DNA of 64,000 bases from Selaginella moellendorffii. Taxonomy: Eukaryota; Plantae; Lycopodiophyta. This document shows, piece after piece, positions 1-12,666 of the stretch. The translations under genes and the position numbers were made by a program. The stretch spans positions 796,819 to 860,818 of the forward strand of contig NW_003314320.1 in assembly GCF_000143415.4 (NCBI RefSeq). The letters are read 5' to 3'. Position 1 is the stretch's first letter. Each line of letters opens with the position of its first letter. The notes beneath the pieces were generated by a model. The model was not told the origin of the DNA and ran no database searches. It was given only the letters and a program-made list of their open reading frames with translations.

Positions 1-2
1 TG

Positions 3-1448
3 GTGACGTGGAATGCCCTCTTCCAGGCATATGCTCAGAAAGGGCATTTTCTGCAAGCCAAGAATGCATTCGATTCCATGCCAGAGAGGGACGCCATCTC
101 GTGGAACTCGATGCTCGCCGTGGCCTCGCACCACAATCGCGTAGAGTATGCCAAGAAGATCTTCGATTCAATGCCGGCACTGAGCGTGCGGGCGTGGAAC
201 ACGATCTGCCAAGCATTTGCCTTAGCGCGGGAATTGCCCGATGCCAAAGAGGCGTTTGATTCAATGCCCGAGAGAGATGTGATCGCGTGGACGACGATGC
301 TCAATGCGTTCGCCGAGGAATCGGAGGTGTCATGGGTTAGGTTTTTGTTCGATCGAATGCCGGCGTGGGACACTCCCGCTTGGAACGCGCTCGCGCAGGC
401 ATATGCCCTAGCCGGTGACGCCGCGGGTGCCAAGCGCGTGTTCGATTCCACGCCCCAGCGCGACGTGGTGACATGGACGGGGCTGCTCAACGCCGTCGCT
501 CAGGGCGGGAATGTCCAGCAGATTGAGTTCCTGTTTGAGAGAATTCCATTCCGGAATGTGGTGACGTGGAATATCCTTGTTCAGGCATATGCCCACTCTG
601 GGTATCTGGAGAAAGCCCGTGCTACCTTTAACGCGATGCCTACCAGCAACATTTCCTGGAATCTCATGCTAAACGCTTATTCCGATAGCGGCCACGCTAG
701 CGAAGCCAAGGAGCTGTTTGATAGGATCCCTGACCGGGACGATGTGTCGTGGACGGCGATGCTAACTGCATATGCCCAGAATGGGCATCTGGACGAGGCT
801 CAAGGGATTTTTGACACGATGCCCCGCCGGAATGTTGTGGCTTGGACGGCCATGATCACGGCGTATGCGCAGCGCGCTCGTGTGGATATATTCGAGGGAA
901 TCTTCCGGCGTATATCCCAGAGGACCATCTTCTCTTGGAACTCTATGGTGGCGGCATATGCCCAGAACGGGCACGCAGTGGAGGCGGTGATGGTGTTTAG
1001 GGCCATGGCGCTCGAGGGCATCGCGCCAGATCTCATTGGCTTCTCCACTGCGCTGACGGCGTGTAGCCATGGCGGATTGCTTGCCACAGGCTGGCAAATC
1101 TTCGTGTCGATGCGCTGTGATTACGGATTGAAGCCCGGGAAGGATCACTACCGGTGTATGATCGACATTCTTGGTAGATCGGGGAGGATTATCGACGCGG
1201 AGGAGCTGATTCATAGCATGCCCTTCCTCCCCGACGAGATCGCGTGGGCGAGCTTGCTCTCTTCTTGCAAGATCCATCGCAATGCCGCAGCTGGGGCTCG
1301 TGCGGCGGCGGCAGCGCTTCGATTTGATGCCAGGGAGCCGGCCACATTCGTGCTGATGCAGGATCTCTACGCCGCCGCGAGCATCAAGAAAGAAATCGCG
1401 GATCCCTGGATCGGGGAGATTAATGGGGAGTTGGAAGAATATGGATGA
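3..1448 (+). CDS. PLS-class pentatricopeptide repeat protein with C-terminal E domain (5' end outside window)
   Basis: Tandem PPR motifs (FDSMPERDVIAWTTML, VVTWNILVQAYA) followed by the E-domain signature HYRCMIDILGRSG...IHSMPFLPDEIAWASLLSSCKIH. No DYW domain is visible. Confidence 0.95.
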   Translation: MTWNALFQAYAQKGHFLQAKNAFDSMPERDAISWNSMLAVASHHNRVEYAKKIFDSMPALSVRAWNTICQAFALARELPDAKEAFDSMPERDVIAWTTMLNAFAEESEVSWVRFLFDRMPAWDTPAWNALAQAYALAGDAAGAKRVFDSTPQRDVVTWTGLLNAVAQGGNVQQIEFLFERIPFRNVVTWNILVQAYAHSGYLEKARATFNAMPTSNISWNLMLNAYSDSGHASEAKELFDRIPDRDDVSWTAMLTAYAQNGHLDEAQGIFDTMPRRNVVAWTAMITAYAQRARVDIFEGIFRRISQRTIFSWNSMVAAYAQNGHAVEAVMVFRAMALEGIAPDLIGFSTALTACSHGGLLATGWQIFVSMRCDYGLKPGKDHYRCMIDILGRSGRIIDAEELIHSMPFLPDEIAWASLLSSCKIHRNAAAGARAAAAALRFDAREPATFVLMQDLYAAASIKKEIADPWIGEINGELEEYG

Positions 1449-1524
1449 AGAAGCTCCTCGCGCCAAAATTTCAAACAAAAGTAGCTGTGTTCTAGGGTTC
1501 TTCTTCCTAGGGTTTTTCGGCGCG

Positions 1525-3245
1525 ATGGGGGAGCTGCTGGTGATGGCGGCCATCGCGACTTGCGTGAAGATCCTACTTGTTCCATCCTACCACAGCACGG
1601 ATTTCGAGGTGCACCGCAACTGGCTGGCGATCACGCACTCGCTCCCTGTCGATCGGTGGTATGTCGATGAGACCAGCGAGTGGACGCTGGACTATCCCCC
1701 ATTCTTCGCGTGGTTCGAGCGCCTTCTGTCGGCATTTGCAGCGGTGTGGGATCCCAGGATCGTGGATCTCAGCGCAGGGAAGAATTACGCCAGCTCTTCG
1801 TGCGTGTTGTTCCAGAGGGGGAGTGTGATGGTAGCAGACAGTGTGCTCTACCTTGGACTGTGGAGCTACTGCAAAGGTATGGCACCAGATAAGAGGAAGT
1901 TGGTCTATGCAGTGGTCGTGTTTTCTCCCGGGCTCTTGATCGTCGATCACATCCACTTCCAGTACAATGGATTCCTTCTGGGGATTTTGCTGCTGTCTCT
2001 GGCAGCGCTCAAGCAGGGAAAAGATCTTCTGGGCGGAGTGATTTTTGCCGCCTTGGTCTGCTTCAAACATTTGTTTGCCGTGGCTGGGCCAGTTTACTTC
2101 GTCTATTTGCTTCGACACTACTGTTCTGGCCAAAGAAGGCTGCGCAACTTTTTCCAGCTCGCCATTTCGGTGCTTGGTGTTGTGGTGTTCGCTTTTGGAC
2201 CCTTTGCTTACTATGGCCAGGTAGGCCTTGCTTCCTTTTCGTCACCATTTTTGTGTACCAGCAAACTTTGTTTTCAGATCCAGCAAGTTTTAAGGAGATT
2301 GTTTCCATTTGGACGAGGATTATGTCACGCTTACTGGGCTCCAAACATCTGGGCTATGTACAACACAGCAGATAAAGCTCTGTCTATCCTTTTCAAGGCT
2401 GCTGGTTTTAAAGTAAATTCCACCACCGCGGCTTACACTGGAGGACTCGTGGGCGAGTTTTCATCTTATGCGGTTCTTCCAAGCGTGAGTTTTTTCGTCC
2501 TTCCATTTTGTTTCGCTTCTCACAGTACCTTAAAAAATGCAGATTACGCCGCTGATAACATTCGCCATGGTGTTATCATCGCTTGTCCCTTGGCTTTATA
2601 AGATTTGGAGAAACCCACAGCCTTCCAGAGTTGTCTACTATATCACATATGCTTACATGTGCGGCTTCATGTTTGGCTGGCATGTCCATGAGAAAGCGTC
2701 ACTTCACTTTGTGGTACCATTCAGCCTGATCGCAGTGGAATCAATGGACAATGCAAACGATTATCTATTCCTTTCGACAGGTACCTCATGTGCACGTATC
2801 AATCTTGTGCCGCTCTCGAATGGTTTTGTATCGTTTTGTTTCTTTTGCAGTTTGCTACTACTCGCTTTTCCCCCTGCTCTACGAGGCCCGCGAGTATCCC
2901 ATTAAGGTGTTGGTCCTGCTTCTCTATTCCACGCTTCTGTGGGATTGCTTTTCAAACTATTTCAGCGTCAAAGTGGACGGCAAAGGCGAAGACAAATCAA
3001 AAGCGTCACGACATTCAAGGACAGCGTTGGGAAGATTGAAATCAAGCTATTTGGCCGGAATGATTCTTATAGAGATATACGGTCAGTTTGGACACCGATT
3101 TCTCTTCCCGCAGCGGCTCGAGTTTCTACCACTGATGCTGGTGTCAGCTTATTGTAGCATAGGCGTCTTCTATATATGGGTGCAGTGGTTTCGGTCTGGG
3201 TTCTCCATCCACGACTGGTCTACTCTACCACCTCCGAGTAAGTAG
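1525..3245 (+). CDS. ALG8: Dolichyl-P-Glc:Glc1Man9GlcNAc2-PP-dolichol alpha-1,3-glucosyltransferase (ALG8); exons 1525-2220, 2278-2484, 2543-2780, 2851-3245
   Basis: Motifs YHSTDFEVHRNWLAITHSLP, WTLDYPPFFA, DHIHFQYNG, RLFPFGRGLCHAYWAPN, FGWHVHEKA. GT-AG introns of 57, 58 and 70 nt join the frames. Confidence 0.93.
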
Positions 3246-3432
3246 CGCTTGCAGAAGTTCTCTCAGATCCAGTGATAACGATTAATTTACAGAGGACAAA
3301 AAATTTGGAGTCTAGTCCTTGAATGTAGAGCTAAAAATCGATGATGCGATGACGGCACAAGTCAACTCTCCGCAATATACATTCGGAAAATGTCGGCAGG
3401 ATGCTGGCCTCGTCGTACGCATTGGCTGGATC

Positions 3433-5802
3433 TCAAAGGCCCAGCAGCACATAGTAGAGAAGATTGATGGGAAGTGAGATCAGCATGCCGAAGATTACAC
3501 TGTAAGAAGAAAGAGACAACCGGGGATGGTGAGGCTTGTTCAACGACGCTCATCATACTTACGCCGTGCTGAGGACATCTGGATGGACGTTGTACTCCTT
3601 CGCGAACACAAAAGGAACTATTCCTTGTGGCAGTGCTGCCTGGACAAGATTCAACAAGAGTTTGGAAAAGTTGGGACATGGCATTGGCGATTACCTGGAT
3701 GATGGAGGCCCTCAACTGGACATTTCGGAGGCCAACAGCAATCGATGTCGCAGACATAATAGCAGGGCCTGTCACGAAGCGAATGATCATCACGACAACA
3801 GCCATGGTAGTCCCGCAGGCTATTAAACTCGATTGCAGCGCCATAAAGAGGCCTGGAGAAGAAAAGTCTCACCGACGTTGGCAACCAATCAACGAATATA
3901 GTGATTGAAGTACTCACCCAGACTGAACATGGCCATCCCCAAGCCTGCGTCGGACAAGATTGTGATGGAATGCTCAAGAATTTTTGGCATTCCGACGTTC
4001 CATCTGCCAACAGATGACGAGCTTTAGCGATGAGACAAGCTAGGTAGAAATATGGATGAAGAGGATACCTGAAGGATATCAGGGCCCATGCAAGCCCGAG
4101 CAGACTTGCGTAAGTATTTGGATTTCGGATCAGCTTCTTCCACATCATTCTCACGATGAGTTTTGTCATGACTGTAGGTGGTGGCATTTGAGTCGGAGCT
4201 GACGAGTCGCTGTCAACCAGTTTCGGTGGCGTGAAGGGAACCTTGCAAGGCAAATGTGATTCGCTCTTCAGATTCTTCTCTGACAGCGGGGTGGTGTCTT
4301 CTCTTTGGAACAGAACGTTATCAACGAAGCTGAAGTCTTTGGCCATGCATGGATGTAATGGTGTGGAGTTCGACGGTACTACACTCGTAAGTAAGGATGT
4401 AAGTTTTCCTTGAAACAGAAATAGAAACGTACTTACTTTGAATTGACAGGTTCTTGTGGCTTGTCAATTTCCTGGTCTCGTAACAGCCTCTATCAGACGC
4501 AGGAGAGTTGCTCGAGCTCCACACCAGCATTTGCATCTCTCGAGATTCGTATTGCTGTTGCTGGTAGTCCATCTTTCTCGCGGCTTCAGCTAGTTTCATG
4601 GGAGAAAATACCTGGTTGCCGACAAACAATCTCTCCAGTGGGCCTGGACTCCTTGGAACTTGTTTCTGCAACTCATCATGAGCAGCGGGTCCGGTGGTGG
4701 TTTTGGGTGATGGCGAGTAATGGTGCCTGCCGGGGGTGTAAGCGAACATATTACTCTGCTCTTCCGAAGGAGGCTCCCTGGGAGTGTGCATATTGGAGGA
4801 GTGATTGGAGTAATGTGGAAGCTCGTTGCTCGACAAAGTGGTACTGGTTTCGATAGAGAGGCCGGGATTGTTGCTACTTGGTCGAAGGTGTGGACTTGAG
4901 CCGTGAGTTCCCGTCATCAAGCCGAGATCCGTATAAGAGCCTGTTGGAGTCATGTTCCTGGAAGATTGAACCGAGTAGATCTCTACTCCTGTGAGGTCGG
5001 AAGCTCTCGGAGTTCCAGCTTTCGAGGACAGAGGTGAAACAAGGCCAGGTGATCTCAGGAGAGAAATGCTGGAGGAGTCGTACTCTCTGTACATTGAAGA
5101 CGTCGGTGGTAGTGGTGGTGGTTGTGGTGGTGGTGACCGCTTCACCTGGACATGTATTTTCCCGTCCTGTCCGATCTCGGCCTCGGTTTTGATCTGCTGC
5201 TGCTCTCCGTCCAGCGAGATGACATCCGGATCAATTCTAAAGGAGACGATGTTGGCAGCTGACGGTCCAGGAAACTGCTCCAAGATGAGATTTTTGGCAC
5301 TTCTGTACTCGTAGAGGAAGAGCAGCAGCGTGTACCAGACAATGCACTGCAGAACGACCGCTTGGACGACTAATTCAGCTGGCTTCTCTCCGTACATCGC
5401 GACTTCGAGAGGAATCCCCAATACCAGTGTGTTTGGGAGCGTTGACACCATGAACAAGGTAATGGCCCAGTCCAAGTCTTTACTCTTTGTGTCACTGGTG
5501 CTCCTGACTGACGAGCTGAACTTTTTGAGCCTAGACCAGGATGCGAGGACTGCGAGAACAATGAGCTTCTGGAGGACATCAGCGGCTACGAACCTGGGAT
5601 TCATGTCGTATGGATTGTTGTGCGCTATGATTTGAAAGGAGAGCAGAGGTACTGCAAAGATTGCCACAAATCTATTTATCCCAGAGCACTGTGCAGGTGT
5701 GAGCAGCTTCCACCATCGAACGGAGCCATAAGCAAGGATCATTGCGACATAGAGTGGCACCACAGCCGACATCACCGTGTAAAACTCTTGCAACGTGATC
5801 AT
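3433..5802 (-). CDS. PIN: PIN-FORMED auxin efflux carrier, long hydrophilic-loop type, multi-exon
   Basis: N-terminus [31 protein letters not shown], then [12 protein letters not shown] and a TPRAS loop motif. C-terminal [22 protein letters not shown], and terminal exon [21 protein letters not shown] (TGA at 3433-3435). Confidence 0.95.
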
Positions 5803-5910
5803 CTTCGAGAATTGGAGCTTTGATCCCAGGAGAATTGTCAGAGGAAAGGAAGTTAGACGACCACGGAACCGCGAGAAGTTTTGTTCTCCTCACCCGCATT
5901 TGAAGTGAGG

Positions 5911-5954
5911 ACACACAAACTCACATACAGACACACACACACACACACACACAC
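5911..5954. repeat. (CA)n microsatellite just upstream of the PIN start codon
   Basis: Run of acacacac... read directly. Confidence 0.9.
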
Positions 5955-7027
5955 TTGCAATCGGTCTAGAAGAGAGGTAATAGTATTTGAAGGAGTAAGA
6001 TACTTAATTTCTTTCCTTGCTTGCCGCGGGCCATAGAAAAATGCGACCTGACAGAGGTGGTGATGAGAGGAATATTTAAGTTATTTGAGAATGGCCTCAA
6101 TCACCACATATCTTCTCTGCTGCTGCTGGCTACAACATGCAACTCTCCTTTGCGAGCTAACGATTTCTCTCCTTTCTCTCTCACTTGATGGGGGCCTGGC
6201 AGCAGACTGCTACATTACAACGGTGTATTCTACCAACACCAAAGATTTTTGGCAACAGATCTTGGATGCATTCCATGTGATCGAAGCTGGTCCGTACAGA
6301 GCGCCATAGTTTATGGCACGAGTTTCTACGTAGAGTCGAGGAACTTCCCACTCTCTCAGGAGGTATTAAGCTGTCTTTGAAAATCTCTTTCGTTGTTCTT
6401 TGTTTTTACCAGGATCATGGTTTCTTACAAACTTATTCCGCAGTTAAGTCAATTCCTCCATGTGGACTTTGGAGTGCGCTTGGGTGCGAAAGACACACTG
6501 CACAGCTCCCCGTTGACGGACACGGCAACGAGCAGCTCGAGTTTAAAAGCGGCGTCGCGTTCCCACTTTGTCAAACGTGGTAAGTTTCTTATTCGTCACG
6601 CTTGTGATCTTCCTTCCGAGCATTGCAAAATCTCCGTAAGTTTAATTTTTGTCACGCCGGTGCTTCCAGGTTGGTTCGGATGATAGGACTGTCACCTCCA
6701 TGTGGGCGATCATTTGCGGAGCGAGCACCCAAGACAGAAAAACAATCGCGGCAACTTCACCATTAAACAAGTGAGTCGCAAAATCATTGCTTACGAGACA
6801 AACGAGTATAACTCGAGACAACCCCAACCTTGCATTTCAGCGTGAAACATCTGTCAAGTCTCGACCAACAGAAACAAGGAAAAGGAACGATCTCGCGTAA
6901 AAGATGGACAATCCGGGAGCGTTGACAACATCTTAGCTTCCGGAAATGGTTCCCGAGGAGGGAGGGGGAGGAGCCGCAAATCAAACAGCTAGCTGGCTTG
7001 AAAGTTGGCGGGGTGCTGCCCGGGCAA

Positions 7028-7250
7028 ATCCAGATTATGTAAAGTTGGAGCGAGGCGATGACGAAGAAAGGCCACCGGCCGCTGTCGAGTAGAAAAAGAG
7101 ATGCTGAGGCGGTCCGGGTTTTTTTAGCCGATGCCTGGATCTGTGAACGAGTTGGAGAAGATTTTGCTGTGTCCATCGGGTCCGTGACATGGAGCGTCGA
7201 GATGATTGCGATGCGAGCTATTCCTGGGCCCGCAGTGAAGAAACCAAGTA
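7028..7250. pseudogene. Rearranged fragment of an MFS-transporter 3' end (paralogous to the 12667-14138 gene) containing a micro-inversion
   Basis: 7170-7216 matches ~12748-12791 in the same orientation (IAIISTLHVTDPMD vs IAIISALYVTYPVD). 7037-7102 on + encodes YVKLERGDDEERPPAAVE*, against the gene's YVKLEVDDEDRPAVAVE* on -. Confidence 0.7.
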
Positions 7251-8244
7251 AAGGTTCGTTCTCGATTCCCAAGAACCGCTAATAAAGAAGATTGATCACA
7301 TAAACGTAAGTTTCTTCCAGGTTCTCTCTTTCTCCGTTTCGTTTCTTCTAAGCTGGGTTTTATGTTCGACTAATGCTTTTGATGTGGGTACTGAGGATCG
7401 TAATCTTCTTGAGACGGTGGGCCGGCTGAATTTTTTGCGACACCACTTGGTCAAGGCAAGCATAAGTGATAAGCTTCCGATTTTGGCCTGACTTAGTTAA
7501 AAATATATTTAGAATGTTCAAACATATTCTAGAATGTTTTAACACTTCAAACTTTTTCTAATTCACTTATAATCAAGGTTAATTCTAGAGAGCAAAATTT
7601 CCATATAAAATCAGCTATGTATCACTAATAAATTTTGTTTAGATTTCTAACAATTTAGTCCTGGCAATTTAAAAATTTAGGTTTTAGTATTCTGAAAGGT
7701 TCTTGAGAGAATGTTTTTATTATACCAAAAAGTGTTAAAATATAATTATTATTTTTAAATTTCATTATAAAATTAGCTATTTTTGGCAATAAATCAAATT
7801 CAGCTAGTTTTATTTTGAATTAAAATATGAACATTACAAACTAGTAATTAAATATTTTTATATAAAAATTATAAGGTAATTTTAAAGTAATTTCAACTTC
7901 TTTATTTCCACTTTTTGTGTACCTACAATTACCCAAAGTTAACCACTGATACTAAGTTATAATCTAGTGCTAAATGACAAGACAAAAAGGTTTAACCTTC
8001 CTAAACTATGTTATACTTTAAGTTATTACACCTTGAGTTGGCACTATGTTACTATCCTCATATTGTTTCTTCATTATTTTTAATGAATTTTTTTTCCTAA
8101 AATATTTTGTAGAATATTTAAATTATATCAAAATATGTTTTTTTAAATTAATCCATATCTATCTTATGTTGATATTTTTTATTTTATGTCCTATTTGAAT
8201 GATTCAAGACACTCTTTATTTCTATTAAAACATAAGAGAAATAT

Positions 8245-10155
8245 TTATAATATCATTGTCAATAACATCCCAATTATAAAACTCACAAATGCAGTTATTG
8301 GGAATACTATTGGGTGCACATTTTGGCTCCACCATATGGAGTTATGTGATGAATTAGATGTAGGTAATTCATTGGATGTAGTACAATTTGAATATAAAGG
8401 TTTTCCACATAACTCAGCATTTCCAATATAAGCAAAAGGGTCAAATGTCATAAATTGGCCACTGGTAGGAATTTGACCTGATAAGTTATTGAAAGAAACA
8501 TTAAAAATAGCAAGTTTGGTAAGGAGCTCAAATGATCTTGGAATGTTCCCTTTGAAGAAATTATAAGAGAGATCCAATTCTTCTAGATCAAATATGGAGC
8601 CAATATCATTAGGAATGCTGCCATTAAGTAAATTATTTGAGAGCCTCAAATATTTAAGGCCCTTAAGTTTTCCAATATTCTGTGGAATATTTCCTTTTAA
8701 TTTGTTGCCCGACAAATCCAATAATGTGATATCTTGTAGTAAATACTTATAGCAATAATTTCCTCTTTTAATATGAAGCACTAGTTCATATGATGAAATA
8801 GACTCATTAGAAGAAGAAATGGGATGTGTGAATGCTAAAAGGTTGTCAAAATTATTTGGAAGTAGACCTTCAAACTCATTATTATAGAGGTCAATCACTT
8901 GAAGTAAAGGGCAGTTCCATATCCAACCTGGTATATCTCCCGAAAACTTATTTCCACCCAAGTCTAAAACTCGGAGTTTAGGAGCAAAACTCCAATAGGG
9001 AACCGGGCCAGTTAATCTATTATCTCTTACACAAAAAACTTCCATATGAGTTGAGTTTACGCTTGGGAAGTTTCCTAAACGAAAATGTTATTAGTCTAAT
9101 TAGTATAAATAACAAACAAACACCCACCTGTGAAACTGTTATTTCCTGTCACAAACCATTCCAGTTTATTGCAGTTTTCCAAACTTTTAAGGAAGTTACC
9201 ACTAAACTTGTTGTTATCAATCAAAAACTTTACTAGATTTGGCATAGTCCCAAAAATATCTGGGATTTCCCCTTGGAGGATATTGGTAGCCAAGCGAAGA
9301 ACTTCCATGTGTGAGCAATTTCCCAAGCTAGAGGTAATACCACCCGAAAAATGATTATTAGAGAGGTAAAGATCAGTGAGACTGCTAAGATTGCCCAAGC
9401 TGAAGGGGATATAGCCTGTGAGTTGATTAAATGATAGGTCAAGATACTTTAGCATCTTTTGATTATCTAAGCTGGAGAGAATAGATCCAAATAGCTTATT
9501 TCCATATAAGTCAAGATGAATAAGATTTGTCATATTGCTGAAGCTGGGAAGGATATCAGTAATATTACAGTCATATAAGGAAAGCATTCTGAGTTTATGA
9601 AGTTGCAAAAGTGGTGTTGGAAACGTTCCTATAGAAACTCCACTAATGTCATATTCCTTCAGTTCATGAAGTTGTCCAAATGAACCTGGAATCTTTCCTG
9701 TGAGATTTGTTTGTCCAAGATATAATTTTTCCAACCCAAGGATTTGCCCAATGGAAGCTGGTATAACACCTGAGAGGTGTTTGTTAAAGCTCACATTCAA
9801 CACTTTTAAATAAGTAAGCTGCCCAATATCAGGAGAAATGGTACCAAATAGATCTTGGCTGCTTAAGTCAACCTTGATAACATGTCCAGTAGAATCACAC
9901 TTCACTCCTGTCCAATTATAGCATACGTGCATAGAGTTCTCCTTGCTCCAGCTGCTCAATAGATGATCACCATGCTGATTGTAGATCCCCTTTGAAATGG
10001 AAATCAAGGCTTTATACTCCTCAAGCAAGAGATGGTTTTGAGATGCATATACATGAGTGCAAACGAGCAAGAATACCAATACTAGCCACTGCAAAAACAA
10101 AAAATAATTTTATAAAAGCATCACAAACAATCTGGTAACCACTAACCTGCTCCAT
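8245..10155 (-). CDS. Leucine-rich-repeat receptor-like protein (signal peptide, LRRNT, plant LRRs, island, C-terminal hydrophobic segment, no kinase); exons 10155-10147, 10088-9128, 9074-8245
   Basis: LxxLxLxxNxLxGxIP repeats, CYNWTGVKC cap, GNAELCGKPL C-cap. A 53-nt GT-AG intron (9075-9127) fuses the two ORFs in frame. A 58-nt intron gives the signal peptide MEQWLVLVFLLVCTHVYA. Confidence 0.88.
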
Positions 10156-10854
10156 GAATTTTTGTAAACTCCAGCACCTGAATGGCTGAGATGCTTTGAA
10201 TCCAAGTAGTGTTTGCCCTATTCATAAGAATGTCCTATATTTGATAGGTTCAGAAGCCGTGTCTAACAGGTTGTGAAACCGTGTTTGACAGGTTTGTTTG
10301 ACAGCTATATGATATTGACTTAATCTCTCCATCAAAAAGTTTATTTGAAATCAGCAAACCCAAAGTTTGAAATATATGTTATATGTAATTAAGTATTATT
10401 GAAGGACTAGATATTTCCCAGCATATGCTGCCCAATTAGCAAACACTATTTTGATTGTTATAATTTTGATACATTGAAAACTTAATTAGAATAATATCAA
10501 TATTGTATTCCACTTTGAAGAAGTATGTATTTCCCCAAAAGAAACTATTAAAGTTCTTAGAGGGAATTATAAAATCCCACAAGTCTCCATGTAAAAGGTT
10601 GAGTGTTAATACTAGTCAACAATGCATCATCAAGTACATGCATTCGTCACAATGCTTTCTTTGCTCAACCAATGTAATTTAAATCTTGCTGCTCAATCTT
10701 TTTCCTGCATTGATCAAATACTTGTTTTGCTTGCTTTTATAAGGATAAAAGTTTGTTATTGGTTTGATCTAGTTTGTTCCCTTAGGCTTGCTAGTGTGGC
10801 TTTAGTCATTCCGGTGGTAAACTACTTGCTGAGGCCAAGTAGTGTTAAATAAGT

Positions 10855-11900
10855 AGCCACTGTAGCACATGTGGTTTTTACCCTTTATTTTATGGTGATT
10901 TACCATAGGACAACCACGAAGTGGAATCTCTACTTTCCATATGCCATGTGTCACATGCCATCTACCACATGCCACATGTTTAAAGGATAGTAGAGTGGAA
11001 CCCAAATTTCAAGGCCTTGGGCCATTGAATAAAAAAATAGTGCTAAATTCTCAAGCATAGAGCTAAGGAGTAATGGCATTGAAGCACAGAATAACTTCCA
11101 AGTGTATAGCCCAAGGAACAAAGGGACAGGAGTGTGGAGCAACTTGGAACAATTCTAGAGCATCCAACATCCCAATGCCAAAACCAACACATAAAATGAA
11201 GTTAAATGGAGTCTAGCACTATTTTAGCATACCGGTAGCTTAACACGAGGATATAGATACTACACCAACTAGCATGGTATGGAATATGGGTTTAGACCCA
11301 AGCCAAACACAGAACAAGGACAGGCACACAAGTGGGAATTAAACTATGTTTTAGGTTAATTGTCCATGCCCGACCTACCCACTATCCCTATTATACATTT
11401 GGAACCCCCTATAGCCCCCTCTTGAAGAATACATGTTTTGGGCTTTTACCCCAAGCCTCCCTTAGTATTAGGAGTTAGTCTTTAGGACAAACTCAAACTT
11501 ATTAAATATGGAATGTTTTTAGATTGCGAATTTGGATATAGAATGAACACTATTGCATTCAGGACAATCTCTACATTCCATAGATATGCTAAATGAACAA
11601 ATCTAGATACTTTCCATAAATAACATTTGGGACTTAAATAGGAATAGCACAAAGGGCATGATAGCAAGGGTGTTTAGCAGACACGATAAGTTATCATCTA
11701 GCATTATTGAGGGACTAGTCTTAATATGCGAAGGTTTTTATCAAGCTAATGCAAGATAGAGCAAGAGAGAATTAAAAACCAGGCCAAGTATGCTTAACTA
11801 GAAACACTTAGGAGTTCTTACTTTATGTCCATTTGGTTAAGTATAAATGCTAAGCCCAATTTACTAACATTTGAACAAAAGGGGTTACTAAAGGGAACTA
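10855..11900. mobile_element. Degenerate LTR-derived fragment, same family as 22.6-26 kb
   Basis: 10860-11250 aligns with 24090-24480 (direct). 11260-11850 aligns with 23200-23790 (inverted). Confidence 0.7.
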
Positions 11901-12666
11901 ACGATTTCTTGCCATTGTGGCAGTAAGGAAAAAATATTTAAAAGGATTAACCAACAGATAACTTTCAATACTCGAAGTTATATTTGCAACAGCCATTAGG
12001 TTACTGCTTCTTCATTAGTGTTTCACACTACACACCTTTGTTTATCTACTGGTGACTCACATATAAAATCCTTCTAACATCTAACATTGTCAATATGAAT
12101 CAGGGTGATGTATATCCCTATGATCAAGCAGCTCAAGAAGAAACTAGAGAATCTAATTACCCACGTTCATCAATCTTTCCTCCTTTTGGATCAAATCTCT
12201 AATAAAGTTTACTCTTTACAAAAGAGGAAAGAAGCATTGTAGCAAGGACTAGGTGAATTGTTGTGCCAGCATCATGTTTAGTAGGTGGCCATTTGATCCA
12301 GCGAAGCTGGAGAAGATCATCCACATTTGGCTATATTAACTGTTTTTTAAAGAAATTTTACATTTAAACCATCAGCTTCACAAATCCAAGGGTAAAAGAA
12401 TATTTATCCCTGATACATTAGTATATTAAAATATAGTTAGTTTAAGTGCTGTAAAGTATTAAGTGGTGATTCACTAATGCTTTTTACTAGCTTTGTTATG
12501 GCATAAATTAGGAATTTGCCAAGAGCAATCTCCTTAACCCATGCATTCTACTCTGAAATCTTCAATCACCCAAAACAAGCAAGCCTGCAAATCTGCATGA
12601 AATATGGAAATATGGTGGTTGATAGATCCCCAAGATCAAGCGGGTTCCAAGAACGGCATCCATTTT

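Noticed and set aside
762-2133. Long antisense ORFs over PPR and ALG8 (similar ones at 47029-47907 and 61881-62519)
   Set aside because: Shadow frames of real coding sequence with no recognisable motifs.
9046-9130. Frameshift or pseudogenisation of the LRR gene
   Set aside because: A 53-nt GT-AG intron restores the frame.
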